Below are positions 12,626-26,600 of a DNA stretch of 64,000 nt, in pieces. Position numbers and translations under genes: made by a program. The notes beneath the pieces were generated by a model. That model worked only from the letters and a program-made list of their open reading frames with translations, was not told the origin of the DNA and searched no databases. The DNA comes from Callorhinchus milii (taxonomy: Eukaryota), in the NCBI RefSeq assembly GCF_018977255.1, contig NW_024704742.1, positions 125,676,001 through 125,740,000 on the forward strand, written 5' to 3'. How positions within the stretch are numbered: position 1 is the first letter of the stretch; the number at the start of each line of letters is the position of its first letter.

Positions 12626-14431
12626 TTCGCATTTGATAGAGCGCCTTTCACATCAGGAGGATACCTCAAATGAGTGGCAGTTATTACAGATGCGTATTTG
12701 TATCTCAGCACTGCATTCAAGCGAGAAAAGGGGAGAACAAAAGCTACTTAATAGTTGAAGTATGTTTCTAAAATAATATGGATTTTTACTGTTTATTCAT
12801 TATACTAGCAATGTTTTGTAATTTATAATGATAAGAGTGGAGTTTCAAATCATGCTGCTTCATGAATCATCACAGAGTGTGTGACTCGCAAGATGAAATA
12901 ATGAGTGCAAGTTCTGAATGTTAATTGTTGTCTTGCTGTGACAAGCAATCTAACAGCTATAAATATGCCCATTTCCTGTCAATCGCCATGGGATTTATCT
13001 CTGCAAATTCAATCCGAAAGCAGCACTTTTCAGAAAGGTGCAGGACTCCGCACATTACTGGTAGAGAACTCGGGAGAGCTAATAATCATTAAGCAAATGT
13101 TTATTTTGATGTAATTGCAGTTATCAGACAATAAAAATGTCACTACAGTTGACTATTCTTCTTTCTCCCTTGTTCATGTGCTGCCTGCTCTTTGGATCTG
13201 AAGATAACTGATCGCAAATTAGTTGAAACTAATGTAAATGGTAAGATACTACTGTAGGTGCCACCTCCAGCACAGAACACCCCATGTCTGTGAGCAGGAT
13301 TGTCAAAACAATCCTGCAATCCCTTCACTTGTAGATCAGCAGCTGGAACAGGCGCTCTTACATAAGGGAAATGTGTCCTTCGGATGAGATGTTAAAACTG
13401 CCTCTTCGGGTGGATGCACTATTCAAAAAGAATGGGGAGTTTCTCCTGGTGTCCTGGCCATCAATTACAGCATATTCTGTTACGCGCTTTGAGATTTCTC
13501 AACAATGTGATAAGGCACTATATCAAATGCAAGGATTATTATTGTTGTTAAATTCGGTGGAACCACATTATAACACAGTGGTTGAGGATCAACGAAATTC
13601 CAATGAGCATAGCAATGGAATGCGATCCCCAGCCACCTCTTATTTATTCACTGTGCATCTTTACAGAGGGATGGCTTGCTTCAAAATGCCGGCTGACTTT
13701 TCAAGTGTGAAAAAATGTGCATTAAGTCATGTCAGTGGCGATCTGAATACTCAGAAGTCAAGCTTTGTAAAGGGCGAAAGAGGTGTTTTGAAGCAAGTTG
13801 ATGTGATTTTTAGTGAGCCGGCCAGTTCTGGATCTTTTTCGTAAGTAAATGTCAGGGTGTACAAATCCAAATCTCGCTATAAGCAAACCAATGTCATGAT
13901 GAAGCGCTTTTGAACAGGGTTTCGCTGTGCATAGATTCGTAGACGAGAAGCAGTTAAAAAGGTCCAGCAGTCCAAGTTCACATGTGGGAGAATCTCCCAC
14001 TCCACTTCACTCCACCTCCCTTACAATGTGCATCTACATGGTACTGATCACTCGATCCCCTCCTAAGTCAAGTGAAAAACCAAAGGAAATGGAAAACCCC
14101 ATAACCAATTCAGAGAAAGAAAGTTTACTTGGAAAATTACTCTCCGACTGTTGAAGGTAAACAGTGAGCTCCAAGAGATGACCAAGCCATCACAACAACA
14201 AGATTTCATTTATATCACCAACACAACCAACACAAGAGCTCAATATCATCAATATATCATCAATATATCAACCATTCATGTTACAAGTGATATTTACTGA
14301 AATTCCAGCTGTACAGTTCAATAACATTGTATCACTCATATCAGTAATATCAGATACCTGGTTAGCTTCATTCACAGTCACCGTGTTTGATTTTGAGGTT
14401 AAAAATCTGAAAGTTGCAACATGGATTCAAC

Positions 14432-14652
14432 TACAACAATTTGTATTTATATTGCGTGCTTCTCAGAGTGCTTTAGGTGATAACAGATAGCGATGAGGAG
14501 TGAGGGAGCTGATAGGCGAGAATGAGGTGACTGTAGGCATGGTCAAAGAGGTAGGTAGGTTTCTAAGATGGCTTACATGGTAAGGGGCATATATACAGTT
14601 AGAGGGAGAGAGTTCCAGTGGGTGGGGAGGACAAAGTGGCTGAAGGCTTGAC
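14432..14652 (-). mobile_element. Old L2 3' fragment
   Basis: Reverse complement gives gccttcagccac...ctggaactctctccct...ctctttgaccatgcc...tataaatacaaattgttg. Confidence 0.7.
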
Positions 14653-14690
14653 AGTGCGATTCAGATTACCTTGGAGCAAGGTTCCAGCAG

Positions 14691-14935
14691 GTCAGGCCTT
14701 CAGCCACTCAACCCCCACCCTCTGGAACTCCATCTCGCAGTCCCTCCGCCTCGCCCCCTCCCTTGTCTCCTTCAAGACCCATCTCAAGACCCTCCTCTTC
14801 GACCATGCCTTCGATCACCCTCCTTTAACCCTGCCGTCCACCCTCCCCGATCCTAACCCCCAGCTCGGGTCCGAAACACTGATTGTCCAGCACCTTGCGA
14901 GGTCCTCCCGACATGAAAGGCCCTATACAAATATG
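14691..14935 (+). mobile_element. L2 3' fragment
   Basis: GQAFSHSTPTLWNSI...FKTHLKTLLFDHAF and the tail cctcccgacatgaaagg. Confidence 0.9.
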
Positions 14936-15834
14936 TCAGCATGATAACATCCAGTAACCGGCATAAATTCAATATTTACAATTCTTTGCAAATCAAGTAT
15001 GCAAATGCCTTATTTTCACACACACACACACCCGTGCACACCCTTCCTCTCCCATTCAACAAGTGACCGCTTCACAAGGTTGGTCCCTTTGTCCTCTTTG
15101 GCTTGTGACTCCTAATGGGTAGTTTGGTTACCACAGCAATGCCTCCAAAAGGGTTTGTTTTATTTATGCTGCAGACTCCCTGTACAGGAACATTACCTAG
15201 GTCTACATATCATAGCAAAATTCAATAAGGACATAATGAACTACAGTATAATAATGTCAGCAATAATGCAGATGTTGTGATCAGCTTCCACAGTCTGACT
15301 AACAATCATCTGCACAAACCTCTTTGTTGTCCTGATGCTTTGCAAGCCACTGCCTCCCTACTGCCAGCTAATGAATGTTTTCCAGTTCAGCAAATTAAAT
15401 GCAATAAAATGATGGGTTCGGATCCTGAGCTAGACTGTGAGCTAGCTTTTCTTACACACAGTGCTTATCAGATATCTAATGACCAACTAGGAACTATCCT
15501 CTGTGGGAGGAAGCAGAGCTGGTGAGGTTAAGCGGAGTCTGTTTGCAGTTGAGACAGCTCCAAGGTGACACATCCAGCAACTTTGAAGTTAAATCAACCC
15601 TCTGTGGTGGTCTTGGCAATCCAATACTTGAGCCAGGTGGGTCTGTAGAACTCCAGGGCACTATTCATGATGGATCAGCAAGCCTGCCTTATTGGAAGTA
15701 CTTGAAAGAGCAGACCAGTTACTGGGGACTGGATTTTTTTCCACTCAACTCCAGATAAACCTGCAAGTTAAAACCCTAACAGATAGATGTTCCTAGCTGA
15801 ACATGCAGAGGGAACCCTAAGGATGTTCTACAAT

Positions 15835-16220
15835 AGGTTGTGAGTTCAAACTGCACATCTCACTCAGAGACTTTAAGATTGCAGTTTAGATTGACTCTCT
15901 AATGCTGTGCTGGGGGAGCACTGCATTGATCGAGATGCTGTCCTTCAGATGAGATGTTAAACCAAGGCGTTGTCTGCCTGTTCAAAATCTCATATAAAAA
16001 GTGAAGAGAATTTCTCCCAGTGTCTTGGCCATAAATACCCTTGGTAAAATCGGCCATTCACTTCATGGCTGTTTGTAGGTCATCGATCTGCGCAAACTGG
16101 CTGCTGGTTTGCCCTACAAAATATACAGTCACTGAACTTTGCATTAAATCTAGTGAAGCGCTTTAAGACATCTCAACGATGTGATCAGGTACTGTATCAA
16201 ATACAAGGATTATTATTATA
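15835..16220 (+). mobile_element. Deu-domain SINE
   Basis: gatgagatgttaaaccaagg...gtctgcctgttca...aaactggctgc...gtgaagcgcttt...caaggattattatta. Confidence 0.8.
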
Positions 16221-17597
16221 TTGTTATTTTGACAGATCGAGTCATATGCTTCCAAGGGAATGCAAGGGGCTGGGTAAAAGACATCCAATACTGGGGCCAC
16301 TCCCACTTTCATTTGTATCATTGAAGAAACAAAGTACCAATGAAAACAGTCTCTTCAAGCAAATCGTTTTAACAAATTAAATACATTATGCCTGAAAATA
16401 TTTCAATAAACAATTAATCTGAAGCGCAAATAAATTAGTCAAAGTTAGCAAACAAATGCAGGATGTGTAATACAAGCTAATTGAAATTAAGTTATGGGAT
16501 GTCAGGGAAATCAGGGCAGCTCTTCATGTGAACCAGCTTCACTGCATCCCAGTCAATCATCTGTTGCTATGGCACCACTGTGTGATAGAAAATGCATAAC
16601 GCAACAGGTTAACATTGTAACTGCAGGTTATTTTTCTTTCTCTATTTTCTGCCCTAATAATATTCAGCTATTTTGTACCAGCAAACTGTGCAGAAGCCAA
16701 CAGTGCTGTCTTGACATCTCAAAACTGCTCTGACCCATTACTGCACATTATCAGTAAGGATTTGTTGAAATCCCACTTATCCAGTACTGTATGTGGAAAA
16801 AACGTCTGGAAAAATCCTTGTGTTTATCTTCCAAATATTTGATTCCAGAGTTTTGTTTTTCAGATATAAATAAATATTCAATTTATGTGAGTCAAATAGC
16901 ATTTGCTACTCAGTCCAAGCTGACTATCTGACTACTGAGAGACATAAAAACACCTTCCAGTTCCCTGTTGTTCTGCGACACAGTCACTTCACATCCTGTG
17001 AAGCCATTTGAGATGGTTTGATGATGTGATAAGGCACTATATCAAATGCAAGGATTATTATATGTAACCGGAATGAGATTTTCTGGAGTACAATCATGCA
17101 TAATTCCTTTTTATTTTAATATAATTTCAACCAAATTCAGATGGTTTTGAAAAGGTGAAGGTAAAATGACAGTTTTTCTTAAAAAAAAGTTTTTTTTTTA
17201 GCCTAACCAAAAATTGTGGGTCAAGAAAGCTTTCAAACAATGGGATTTTTCTGCTCTATTACCTGACTGTAGCAAATGGTTTGATGTGTGCTTATAAAGG
17301 GATTTCACACTACAAGTGAGCATCAAAAGATTTGATACGCTAAATGAATGGAGCAGAGCGTATCACAATCTCTGAGCTCCTACGTTCTCTTGAACTGAGC
17401 TAGCAGTTCGAGGGCGCCATTAATTTCCAGTACATCTTCAAGGGGATCTCAATGACAACAACAACTTGCATTTTGAATTTATATAGCGTCCTTGAACAGT
17501 TCAGAGGAGATGCCCTGTAGAAAAAGACAATTCTGATATTTGGGAAATATCAGGCAACGTCTTTGAAAACTGAAAAGTGTTGCTCTTAATGGGAGTA

Positions 17598-17888
17598 GAT
17601 CGGTGGCCGGGCCTTGAGCCTCTCAGCCCCTAGGCTCTGGAACTCCATCCCCCAGTGCCTTCGCCTTGCTTCCTCCCTTTCCTCCTTCAAGGCCGGTCTC
17701 AAGACCTTTCTCTTTGTCCGTGCCTTTAGCTCCCCTCTCGACGCTCTACCCACTCCTCGCTCCCTCCCTTCCCTCCCCTCACCATTTCCCCCCTGCTTGG
17801 GTCCTGACCCAACTGTCCAGCGCTTTGGGAAGTCCTCCCGACATGAAAGGCGCTCTAAAAATGGAATCTTGTTGTTGTTGTTGTTGCT
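17598..17888 (+). mobile_element. L2 3' fragment (young subfamily)
   Basis: APRLWNSIPQCLRLASSLSSFKAGLKTFLF and a (gtt)n tail. Nearly identical to the antisense copy at 42299-42742. Confidence 0.92.
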
Positions 17889-18553
17889 TTTGATGGGAGT
17901 AGATGGATGTAGCTCCTTCACAGCAACAAATTTAAATGCACTTGTATTAATTTGAGAATACTGTCTTATGGACACAAGACAAGGTGAAGAACATAGGTTT
18001 GATCAATACAATATTCTACTATTCTTAAATACATGAAGAGGTAAAAAGCAGCATTGAATAGATTCAAAACATTTTTTTAATACATTAACATTAATACATT
18101 CATGTCATTTCATCTCAGATGTATTTTTAGAATCAGCTTTTCCAGTATGTGATCATATCTAAAGGTGTGTTGATCTAAATAGTTCAATAGTATATATAGC
18201 ACTTCATTTACACTCACAGAAATCTGCAAATTACATGCCTAACGTTTTTGATTTCCTGTTTTGAATATTGAACAAGCCCCATGAAACTTTCAATCATTGT
18301 GTTTTTTTGGTCAGCTAGGTAGCTGATACACACAGAAACCCATCCCCAGCTTAAGAGTATTGAAACCAGAGTTCCACATATGTACGAGACCTGCACACAG
18401 AATTTTTCCCGTATCTGGAATGAAATACAAACTTCCTGAAGGAATACACTCTACTTACCTAGTGTGTATTCCTCCAGGAAGTATTAGACCCAGGTTAGAG
18501 AGACACATCGTTTGGAGACCCCGGAGTGTGTGTTTGGAGCATTGGTGGAACTT

Positions 18554-18790
18554 AACAACAACAAAACAAAATTACATTTGTAAAGCGCCTTTCATGTTGG
18601 GAGCATGTCCCAAGGCGCTGGACAGACAGAGTTATGGACCCGAGCTGGGGGTCAGGGTGGGGGAAGAGCAGGGGGGGAAGGAGATCAAAAGCATGGTCGA
18701 AGAGGAGGATCTTCAGATGGGTCTTGAAGGTGGCAAGGGAGGTGGCAAGGCGGAGGGACTGCGGGATGGAGTTTTGAAGGTGAGGGTTTT
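18554..18790 (-). mobile_element. L2 3' fragment
   Basis: (aac)n followed by the reverse complement of the L2 tail and the FKTHLK-type region. Confidence 0.85.
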
Positions 18791-20664
18791 GAAGGTGAGG
18801 AACACCTTAACCAGCTAACACACATAGAGCTCGACTGAGAGAACTGTCTTGCCACATACTTGCTGCTTGTCCAACTAGGCAACCCTACCCATTGTGTCTT
18901 TGGCTTGTAGGATAAACAGGAGCTAAGTGGAAAGAGTCCCTGCTCCCACTAATGATTCCTTGTCAAAGAGTCTCTCTATTTTCACTTTGTGATGTTGACT
19001 GGGCAACCAATGCAATTTCTATTTGCTATCAACATCAAGATAACAAACTTATACAATGTCATAACTTCAGGTTACTTATGAAAAGGTGTGATCAGCCAGA
19101 TATAACAATGTAGGAACTGATGCCTATCTTCTTGAAGCAATCCACTGCTTAGTGAACATGAATGTACCTCATAGAGAACCTACTGATCTTAATAAACCAC
19201 AACATGAGGGGATATTAATCTGAGCACAATCATATCACAGTTATACTGCAACACGCACTACAGTTATTGACTACAAAAGTGACCAGCCAAGGCTATGTGT
19301 CTCCTCGTTCTGAGCGAAAACGGAGGATCCCCAGTGAGCAGGGCCTTGCAGCACATTATAGCTAATCACAAAGAATTGCAAATCTTTTTGTTCATTAGAA
19401 TGGGAGTTTCCATTCTAAACAAGCGATCAGACAAGTTGCAATTGTTACTGAGTACCCCATCATCAGCCCTCAAAGACACATCAGAATTGTGTTTGTCTTA
19501 CTGGTTGTTTCCTCTTAATTGCTGAGATCCACTTGAAGGTGTGTTGGGAATAAATTGTGTTCTGCAAGTTCTGTTCAACAACAACAACAAATTACATTTG
19601 TATAGCATCAGGAGGACATCCCAAAGCACTGTACAATCGTGGATGCGCAACCGAAAACTTAAGTTCCAGAGAACATAAAACTTCAGGCCTCACTGAGAAT
19701 GGGCCATTGATGATAATAGGCCTCACTGTGACCAGGCCAGACTTGGGGATAGGCCTCACTGTGACCACTGTGTCACAATCTTAGGCTTAAGACCATTACC
19801 TCAAAATTGAAGACTGCAAAATTTGGATGAGTCATAGACTTAAGAATTAATTTGCAAGCTGGTTTTCAGCAATTTGTTAAAAAAAAACTACTGAATAAGG
19901 AACTCAAAGTGTTTAGTCATCCAGTTGGGCCTCAATATTTCCCTCGTGGTTACTGTTTGTGAACACAGAAAACAGCCATTCTGGGTTTGTTCGTCTACAA
20001 AATACACTGTCGCTACACTTTACAGTGGATCTTGTGAAGCGCTTTGAGACGTCCTCCCAATGTGAAAAGCACTGTATGAAATGCAAGGATCATCATTATA
20101 TTATTATTCATGAGATGCAGCACTAACTGATATTGAATTAGGCCAGTCTGCCTTGAATCAACTCAGAAGGGCTGATACTCATTCTTGGAGTTTGAGAATG
20201 AAGCTGCAATCCAACCTGGCGATGCCCTGAGCTACTCAACCTGGTTTGGGAGTTACGATTATTCAGAAGTCACAGAGGGGTATTTTGGTGCTGCTCCTTA
20301 AACAATGAGCAGAATATGTTTAGGAATGTCATTTTAACCTTATTTAGTGTCCAAACACTGTTATCCCCCACATTGCAATAAATACACCAAAACTAGGAAT
20401 AAAGGACTGTTTTGTCACAAAATTGCACCAAGACAGATAGGCTTCATAACTAACACCAAGAATTTTACACTGCCGTTTGATCACAGTGGCAGGAAGCACA
20501 GCATTCTGACTGAGTAAACAGTGTACGTTCGAACTTGAATGAGGCACAACCGTCCCAGAGCATTGCCGCACATGCCAAGGTGTCAACGAAAGGATGCTCC
20601 TCTCAGAGCCCTTGGGACAGAATACTCAGATGCTACAAAGAGCCTGGTGAACATTTAAATTAAT

Positions 20665-20985
20665 AGAATAATAGGATCTTACGGCACAGAAGGAGGCTAT
20701 TCGATCCATCGTTCCTGTGCCAGCTCTTTGAAAGAGCTTCCAACTAGTCCAACTCTCCTGCTCTTACCTCATAGCCCTGCGATTGTGTCCTTTTAAAATA
20801 CCTATCCAATTCCCTTTTGAAAGCTACTATCAAATCTGCTTTCACCACACTTTCAGGCAGTATATTCCAGATCAAAACTGTTTTCTGGGTAAAACAATTT
20901 CTCCTCGTCTCCCTTCTGGTTCTTTTGCCAATTATGATAAATCTGTGTCCTCTGGTTACCGACCCACCCGCCAGAGGAAACTCGC
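20665..20985 (-). mobile_element. CR1 3' fragment
   Basis: Reverse complement matches 61100-61400 (gtcggtaaccagaggacacaga...atctggaat...cctgaaag...ccttctgtgccgtaa). Confidence 0.85.
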
Positions 20986-21499
20986 AAATTTACTCACTGA
21001 AAGTATGATCAGGTACTAATGGATTCTGGCTGCAGTGAACCATGAAACTGAGGACAAGAAGCGTATTGCCAGGATTTAGAATATTAGGTTCCTCCTTCAT
21101 ATCAACTGCTTATACTCAGTTCACTACCAAGCAGTCGCCTATTAAGTTCAATGGCAAAATCTTCATCGAGTTGCGTCACAGCAAAACTTTTAGAATTTAC
21201 AAAACACCCTCAGTGCTGTGAGATTTCCATGAACCTCTGTACTGGATAACAGTCTCTTAATCCAGTTCCTAACATGCCATCACCATCATTTACAGGTATT
21301 GGTGCAACAATAGTGTGAGAATAGGCATTAATAATTGATTGTTAAAGGTGAATTACAGCTCTGCCTACAGCTTTGATTTTAATCCAAGCGAATGCAGACA
21401 TGTCTGTCCCTGCAGCTGCTGGGCAAAGCTAGGTAGATGCCAGAGATCTAAAGTCTACAGAAAAACTGATCTGCATGTTGTGACATGCCTGTGTCAGTT

Positions 21500-21990
21500 T
21501 TGCTCAGTTCTTAGCACTCTTGCTTCTGAATCAGAGGGTTTTAAGTTACTGGCTCACATAGAGGCTTGAGCTCCTTATCCAGGCTGATACTCCACTACAT
21601 GGACATCCTTCTGATGTGAAAGGCGCTGTACAAATGTGATTTGTTGTTGTTGTACCTCTGGGGACCGTTCCATTGTCGCAGGTACCGTCCATCAGATGAG
21701 ACATTAAACTGAAGTCCTGTCTTCCTGTGGATAATAATAAAAATCCTTGCATTTGATATAGTGCTTTATCATGTTTTCAAGACGTCTCAAAACGCTTCAC
21801 AGAATATACTGTAAAGTGAATAAACTGTATTTTTGTGGGCAAAACGTGGATGTTAATAATCCCATGATAATATTTAAAAAGAGGAATTTTCCTGCAGTGT
21901 ACTACCATCAATCTTCCAAATTTAAATGTCATTCGCTTTACCAATGTCTGTGGGGCCTTGATGTGTGCAAATTGGCTGCTATATTTGCCT
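21500..21990 (+). mobile_element. Deu-domain SINE with a nested L2 tail (~21600-21652) and an antisense SINE tail (~21733-21845, TSD gtggat)
   Basis: The Deu core gatgagacattaaactga...gtggat|...|gtggatgttaa...tcccatg is interrupted by inserts, and gtggat is duplicated on both sides of the second one. Confidence 0.75.
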
Positions 21991-22759
21991 CAAATACAAA
22001 CAGATTGCCTACAAATCACTACATTTCAATCTCCCGTGAAATGCTTTGTCACACTTTGAGGAGTTGTACCAAACATAATGACTATTATAAGAACATATTT
22101 TATAGAAAACAAAGGAGAAAAGGTACACTAAGCACATAAATTGCATTTCATATGGAATATTATCCATCTGTGAGTGCATCTCATGACTGTATCAGACTCA
22201 CTGGGGATGCAGTTTGATAAATTCCCAGAAGACTAAGACTAAAGTTTATATGGTCTGAAGCTTGAAACAGCATCCAAACTCCCATAGTACACAATACGTT
22301 GGTTCCATTTTCATTCTGTATTAAAAAAACTAATAAACTTATTTTTCTTTTGCATTCCCAAACTTTTACATTTGCCTTTTTCTAGAATCTAAAATTCCCT
22401 GCACGAGAGGCTGTTTGGCTGTGTGTGTTGGCACTAACTCCCCACTGAAGCTATTAACGCTAACCTCCTGAGATTTCCCCATACCCTTCAATATTCTTTC
22501 CCCTTTGGCTGTTGGGAGTTCGTTTTGGGGTCAATTCAGTGGTACATTCAATATTTAGCACCTTGACTGTGCCCAGATCTTCCATTCACAATGGTGAAGT
22601 CTGTGAAATCATTCCCACAACATTGGACTTAAAAAGGAGCTAAACAGTGGCTAAAATCTGTGATTTGGAAACCAGAAATCCAATGCTTGACAGCATTCTG
22701 GTTCAAGTGGCACAATTTCTCAGTTGGTAGAAACGAAAACAGGGAATGTACCAGGAGGG

Positions 22760-23640
22760 CATTGACAGACTAGTAGATTGCGCAAAGAAGTACAGATGAA
22801 ATTTAATGCAAATAAATGTGAGGACATCCAATCTGGGTGGAAGAGTCAGGATAGCAAGCACATGCTAAATGGTAGCAATATAAAAAGAGTATAAGAGTAG
22901 TGAGACCTAGTGGCTGACATAAATAAATCTTTAAAGGATGGAAGGCAGATGGACAAAGCTGTGAAAAAAGCTAATGGAATCCGAGCTATTGTAAATATTT
23001 GGAATATGAAACTGAAGAGAAGATGCATAACTTGTATAAATCGTTAGTTAAAATATTAGAATTTAGAATACCGCATCCAGTTAGAATAATGTGTCCCATT
23101 TTGATAACCCCAAATTGTTAACGTATTTATAATTAATCCTCATAAGGAATAGGAGAAGACTAAGTCCGTCACTTAGGAAGGACAAGCCATAGAGAGGGGC
23201 AGAGAAGATTCATTGGCATGATGCCAGGGATGATTGGTTTGACCTATGAGCAGAAACTAGGGGAACTGAGCCTATTTTCACTGTGCAGAAAAGGTGGAAG
23301 AGTGTGACCCAATGGAGCTCTTTAAAAATTGTGAAAGGACATTCATTTATGATAATTAACAATGAAACAAAAGGTGGAAATTAGGAGAAGATTTCTTACT
23401 CAGAGGTTAGTTAGGATGTGGAATGCCTTGCTGGATGCAGTGGTGGAGTGCTCCGGGATGCTACCCCACATGAAGGGCGCTATATAAATGCAAGTTGTTG
23501 TTGTGGAGATTGAATATATAGTAGTTTACAAGAGTAAACTAGATAGATATCTTAAAAGCATTAACTTGCAGGGATATGGGGGAAAGGTAGGTAAACGGGA
23601 CTGAATGTGTTGCTCCTTCAAAGAGCTGGCATGGACACAA
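22760..23640 (+). mobile_element. Old CR1 ORF2 C-terminal / 3'UTR fragment
   Basis: cagatgaaatttaatgcaaataaatgtgagg, cacttaggaagga, ggatgtggaatgccttg and gggatatggggg parallel the CR1 at 60580-61400. A small L2 tail is inserted at ~23448-23503. Confidence 0.8.
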
Positions 23641-26600
23641 TACCATGTTTTAAATGTCTGGTTCTTTGAGAGTTCCATAGAGTTTGACACTGGGGATGGG
23701 ATTGGGGATGGGCTGCACCTGGGTATATTCTATGCAATAACTATTTATCCCATTGTCTGTTAACTCAGTCATCTTTTCTCCCCCATCCCCCCCACACCAC
23801 CCAATTGTAACGACTATAACTCTCAGGTATTGCCACATTGCTTTACAACATGAAACAGGAAGAGGCTTCACCAAAGGTATTTGTTGGAAACTAAGAAAGT
23901 GTGGTCTTCTCACGTGACAGGAAGAGTGGCTTTAACTGAAGCACAGAGCACAACTCGCTTCTACTGGATAACGTACAAGCACTTATTCAAGGGTTACGAT
24001 ACATGTGGTCACTACAATACAAAACACAGCTTGATTTCTCCACCTAGAAGAAAGCTTTTTTCTATCATGCCAACACAAAGACATAATGTTAAACAATTAC
24101 CGTTGCACTTTCAAATTCTTGGCTGTTTTAAACTGAAATCCTGTTCATGTTAGTTCACCCCTCCAATGCACAAATTAACTACATATATCATTAACTAAAT
24201 CTATTTAAAATTAATCCTCATAAGGAATAAGAGGAGGCTATTCAGTCAGTCAATCATGATAAATCTGGCAATCCCTTTTCCCCACCTTTTTCTATATCGT
24301 TCAACACCCTTATGTCACTTGAGGTTACATAGCAAGGTGCGCATTGGAACAAAAACTTTTTCAGTCCGTCTGAAAGTGTTGGAAGTTTGGCCCTAAAGTT
24401 TGCAATAAAATGAAGAACTCAGTACTTGCTTTATTTCTGCAATAAATTGCACGAATGCAATCTGTGGTCTCCTGTGCAAAAAACTGTAGAATTTACAAAG
24501 TTTAATTACTTCTTGTTTTAAGTTTGCATTTTTCTAAAAAAAATTAACTTGGTTTTACCTAGGGTGCATTCCGTGCACATCTGGTAATGGGTTGTCCAAC
24601 TTTTCATTTTAGATTATCATCTGTTATCTGTATGAATTGCTTATATGAAGCATTCCCAGGTGAGGGATGCCTCAGGGGTTAAAATCCTCCAACCTTGAGT
24701 AAATGGTGTTAAGAGTAACATGTTGATTATTTTCACACCATTGAACATCCAAAGTACCACAGAAATGTACAACACAGTTGGAAGCCATTTGGACCCTGTT
24801 TTTGTGTCAGTGATTTTCATTCAATATGAACAACATTCGACAAACCGAAACATTTGATTTCAATCAATTAGCACGGAGCTGCTAAAGCCTCTGTAACCAT
24901 CCATTATGTGCCCTAATGTGACGTTTTAAGCCTAGGAATTTCATAATGGTGGCACTTTGAAATAACGGATGCCTTAAAATTGAGCCGTCCTTATGCTCAC
25001 AGCAGTACAACAATGGTGAATATATGGTGGAGGTGAAGAGAAGCAGTCCAGGTCAGAGGAGAGAAGAGCTGAGGATCGAACTGGATACCAAAATTGTGCA
25101 CTGGTTCAGTGAGTTTGAGACAGAAGCCGAGGAGTTGAAGAGGTCATGTCAGTAAAGGAGAAGAAGATGGGTACCATCTTGTCCACGTTCAGTTCAAGGA
25201 AATTTTGGCTCATCTAGGCCTTGATGTTGTATATGTTCCATTCCACTGTGTCCCAAATTTCTACGCTCTGCACATCTTGTGGACTTTCCATCATTATGTT
25301 TATGTGGGTCATATTCACTAATTCATGTACAGGTAGCTGCTAAAGGGAAGGATAACAAGTAGGTGAGAAGCTTGGTACTGCACATTAATATGTCAGATTT
25401 TTTTGCGATATCCATGTCCTTCTTTCCACATTGAGACCTGGAGGATCAAGTAGCTGCTCAGTAGCTGCTCTTCACCTGCAATGTCAATGATCTCAGGTAC
25501 TATCCTGTTGCCCTCCTCAATGGGTAGTAATGGTCGCTCCAACAGAGGGTCACCAAGGTCACCCATATCATTTCCTGCACTTCAAATATCTCGGCCTCAA
25601 AATTAGGTAAGAGATCCAGCCTCAACTCCAACATATCCTCACCACACAGTACCTCTTGTGGAGGTGCAGAGAGTGGTATCATTGACAGGCAACACTATAT
25701 TCAATTGTACAATAGTTTTCTGGTGCATCCCTCGACATATCCAGTATACACATAATCAGTAGGTTCTCTTCAATTATTTTCAGAGAGACATAAGGACAAT
25801 TTTGAATTTAAAGCATTAGGGATCATTCTGCAGCAGTGAAATGCACCAATTTATCTTGCGTGGGTAATCCCAAGTGGCCTTAGTCATAATACATGTGTCT
25901 TCTTCAGTCTAGTACTGCGGGGCACTTGATATCTTGTAAGGAAAATTCTGGTGGCTTGGTTAACTTTGCAGGCTTGGTTAATCTCAGTAACTACTGGTAC
26001 AATATTGAAAATCATGAGGTGAAGAAAATTTCATTATATAATACATTATAACCCCAATATACAGATGGCTGGGCTTAATGTCCATAAGTGAGGTGTGAAA
26101 AAATGTCCAACTCTCAGGTTGTAGGGTCAGTGATAGTGATGAAGCTGCTCGTGTTGAGTTTGTGCTCTATTGGAGGAAGCACCATTAACATCACTTCCTA
26201 GCTGCATGCAAGATGCAATAAGTAACACCAGCAGTGACCTGATGATTCACAAGTCGGACATTTGTTGCTGTAGGAAAGTGTCTGGTCAACACCCGAAGCC
26301 TGGTATACACTTCCGGTTAGCCCAGATCCACTGTAATTCAAAACTGCACTATAAGCAAGCCAATCCTACACTGCGGGGGTGGAGGGGTGCAGCATGACAG
26401 GTTTCTCCTATACATGGGGAAACGTAATTAGATGTGACATCTCAAAGTCTTCATATCAATAGTGTTTAGAAAGCGGTTAAGGTTCATGTGACTCAAGGCT
26501 ATACCAAGTCAAAAGGTATCTAAAGACAGAGCCATTACAACAGTAAATCAGGAAACAAAACTCGTGGTGTTATGCAGTTTCCTTTTCCCCGCAGAAAAAA

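Noticed and set aside
25250..26400. Coding-like, repeat-poor stretch that may be a decayed element
   Set aside because: I could not recognise any protein motif in any frame; a translated database search is needed.
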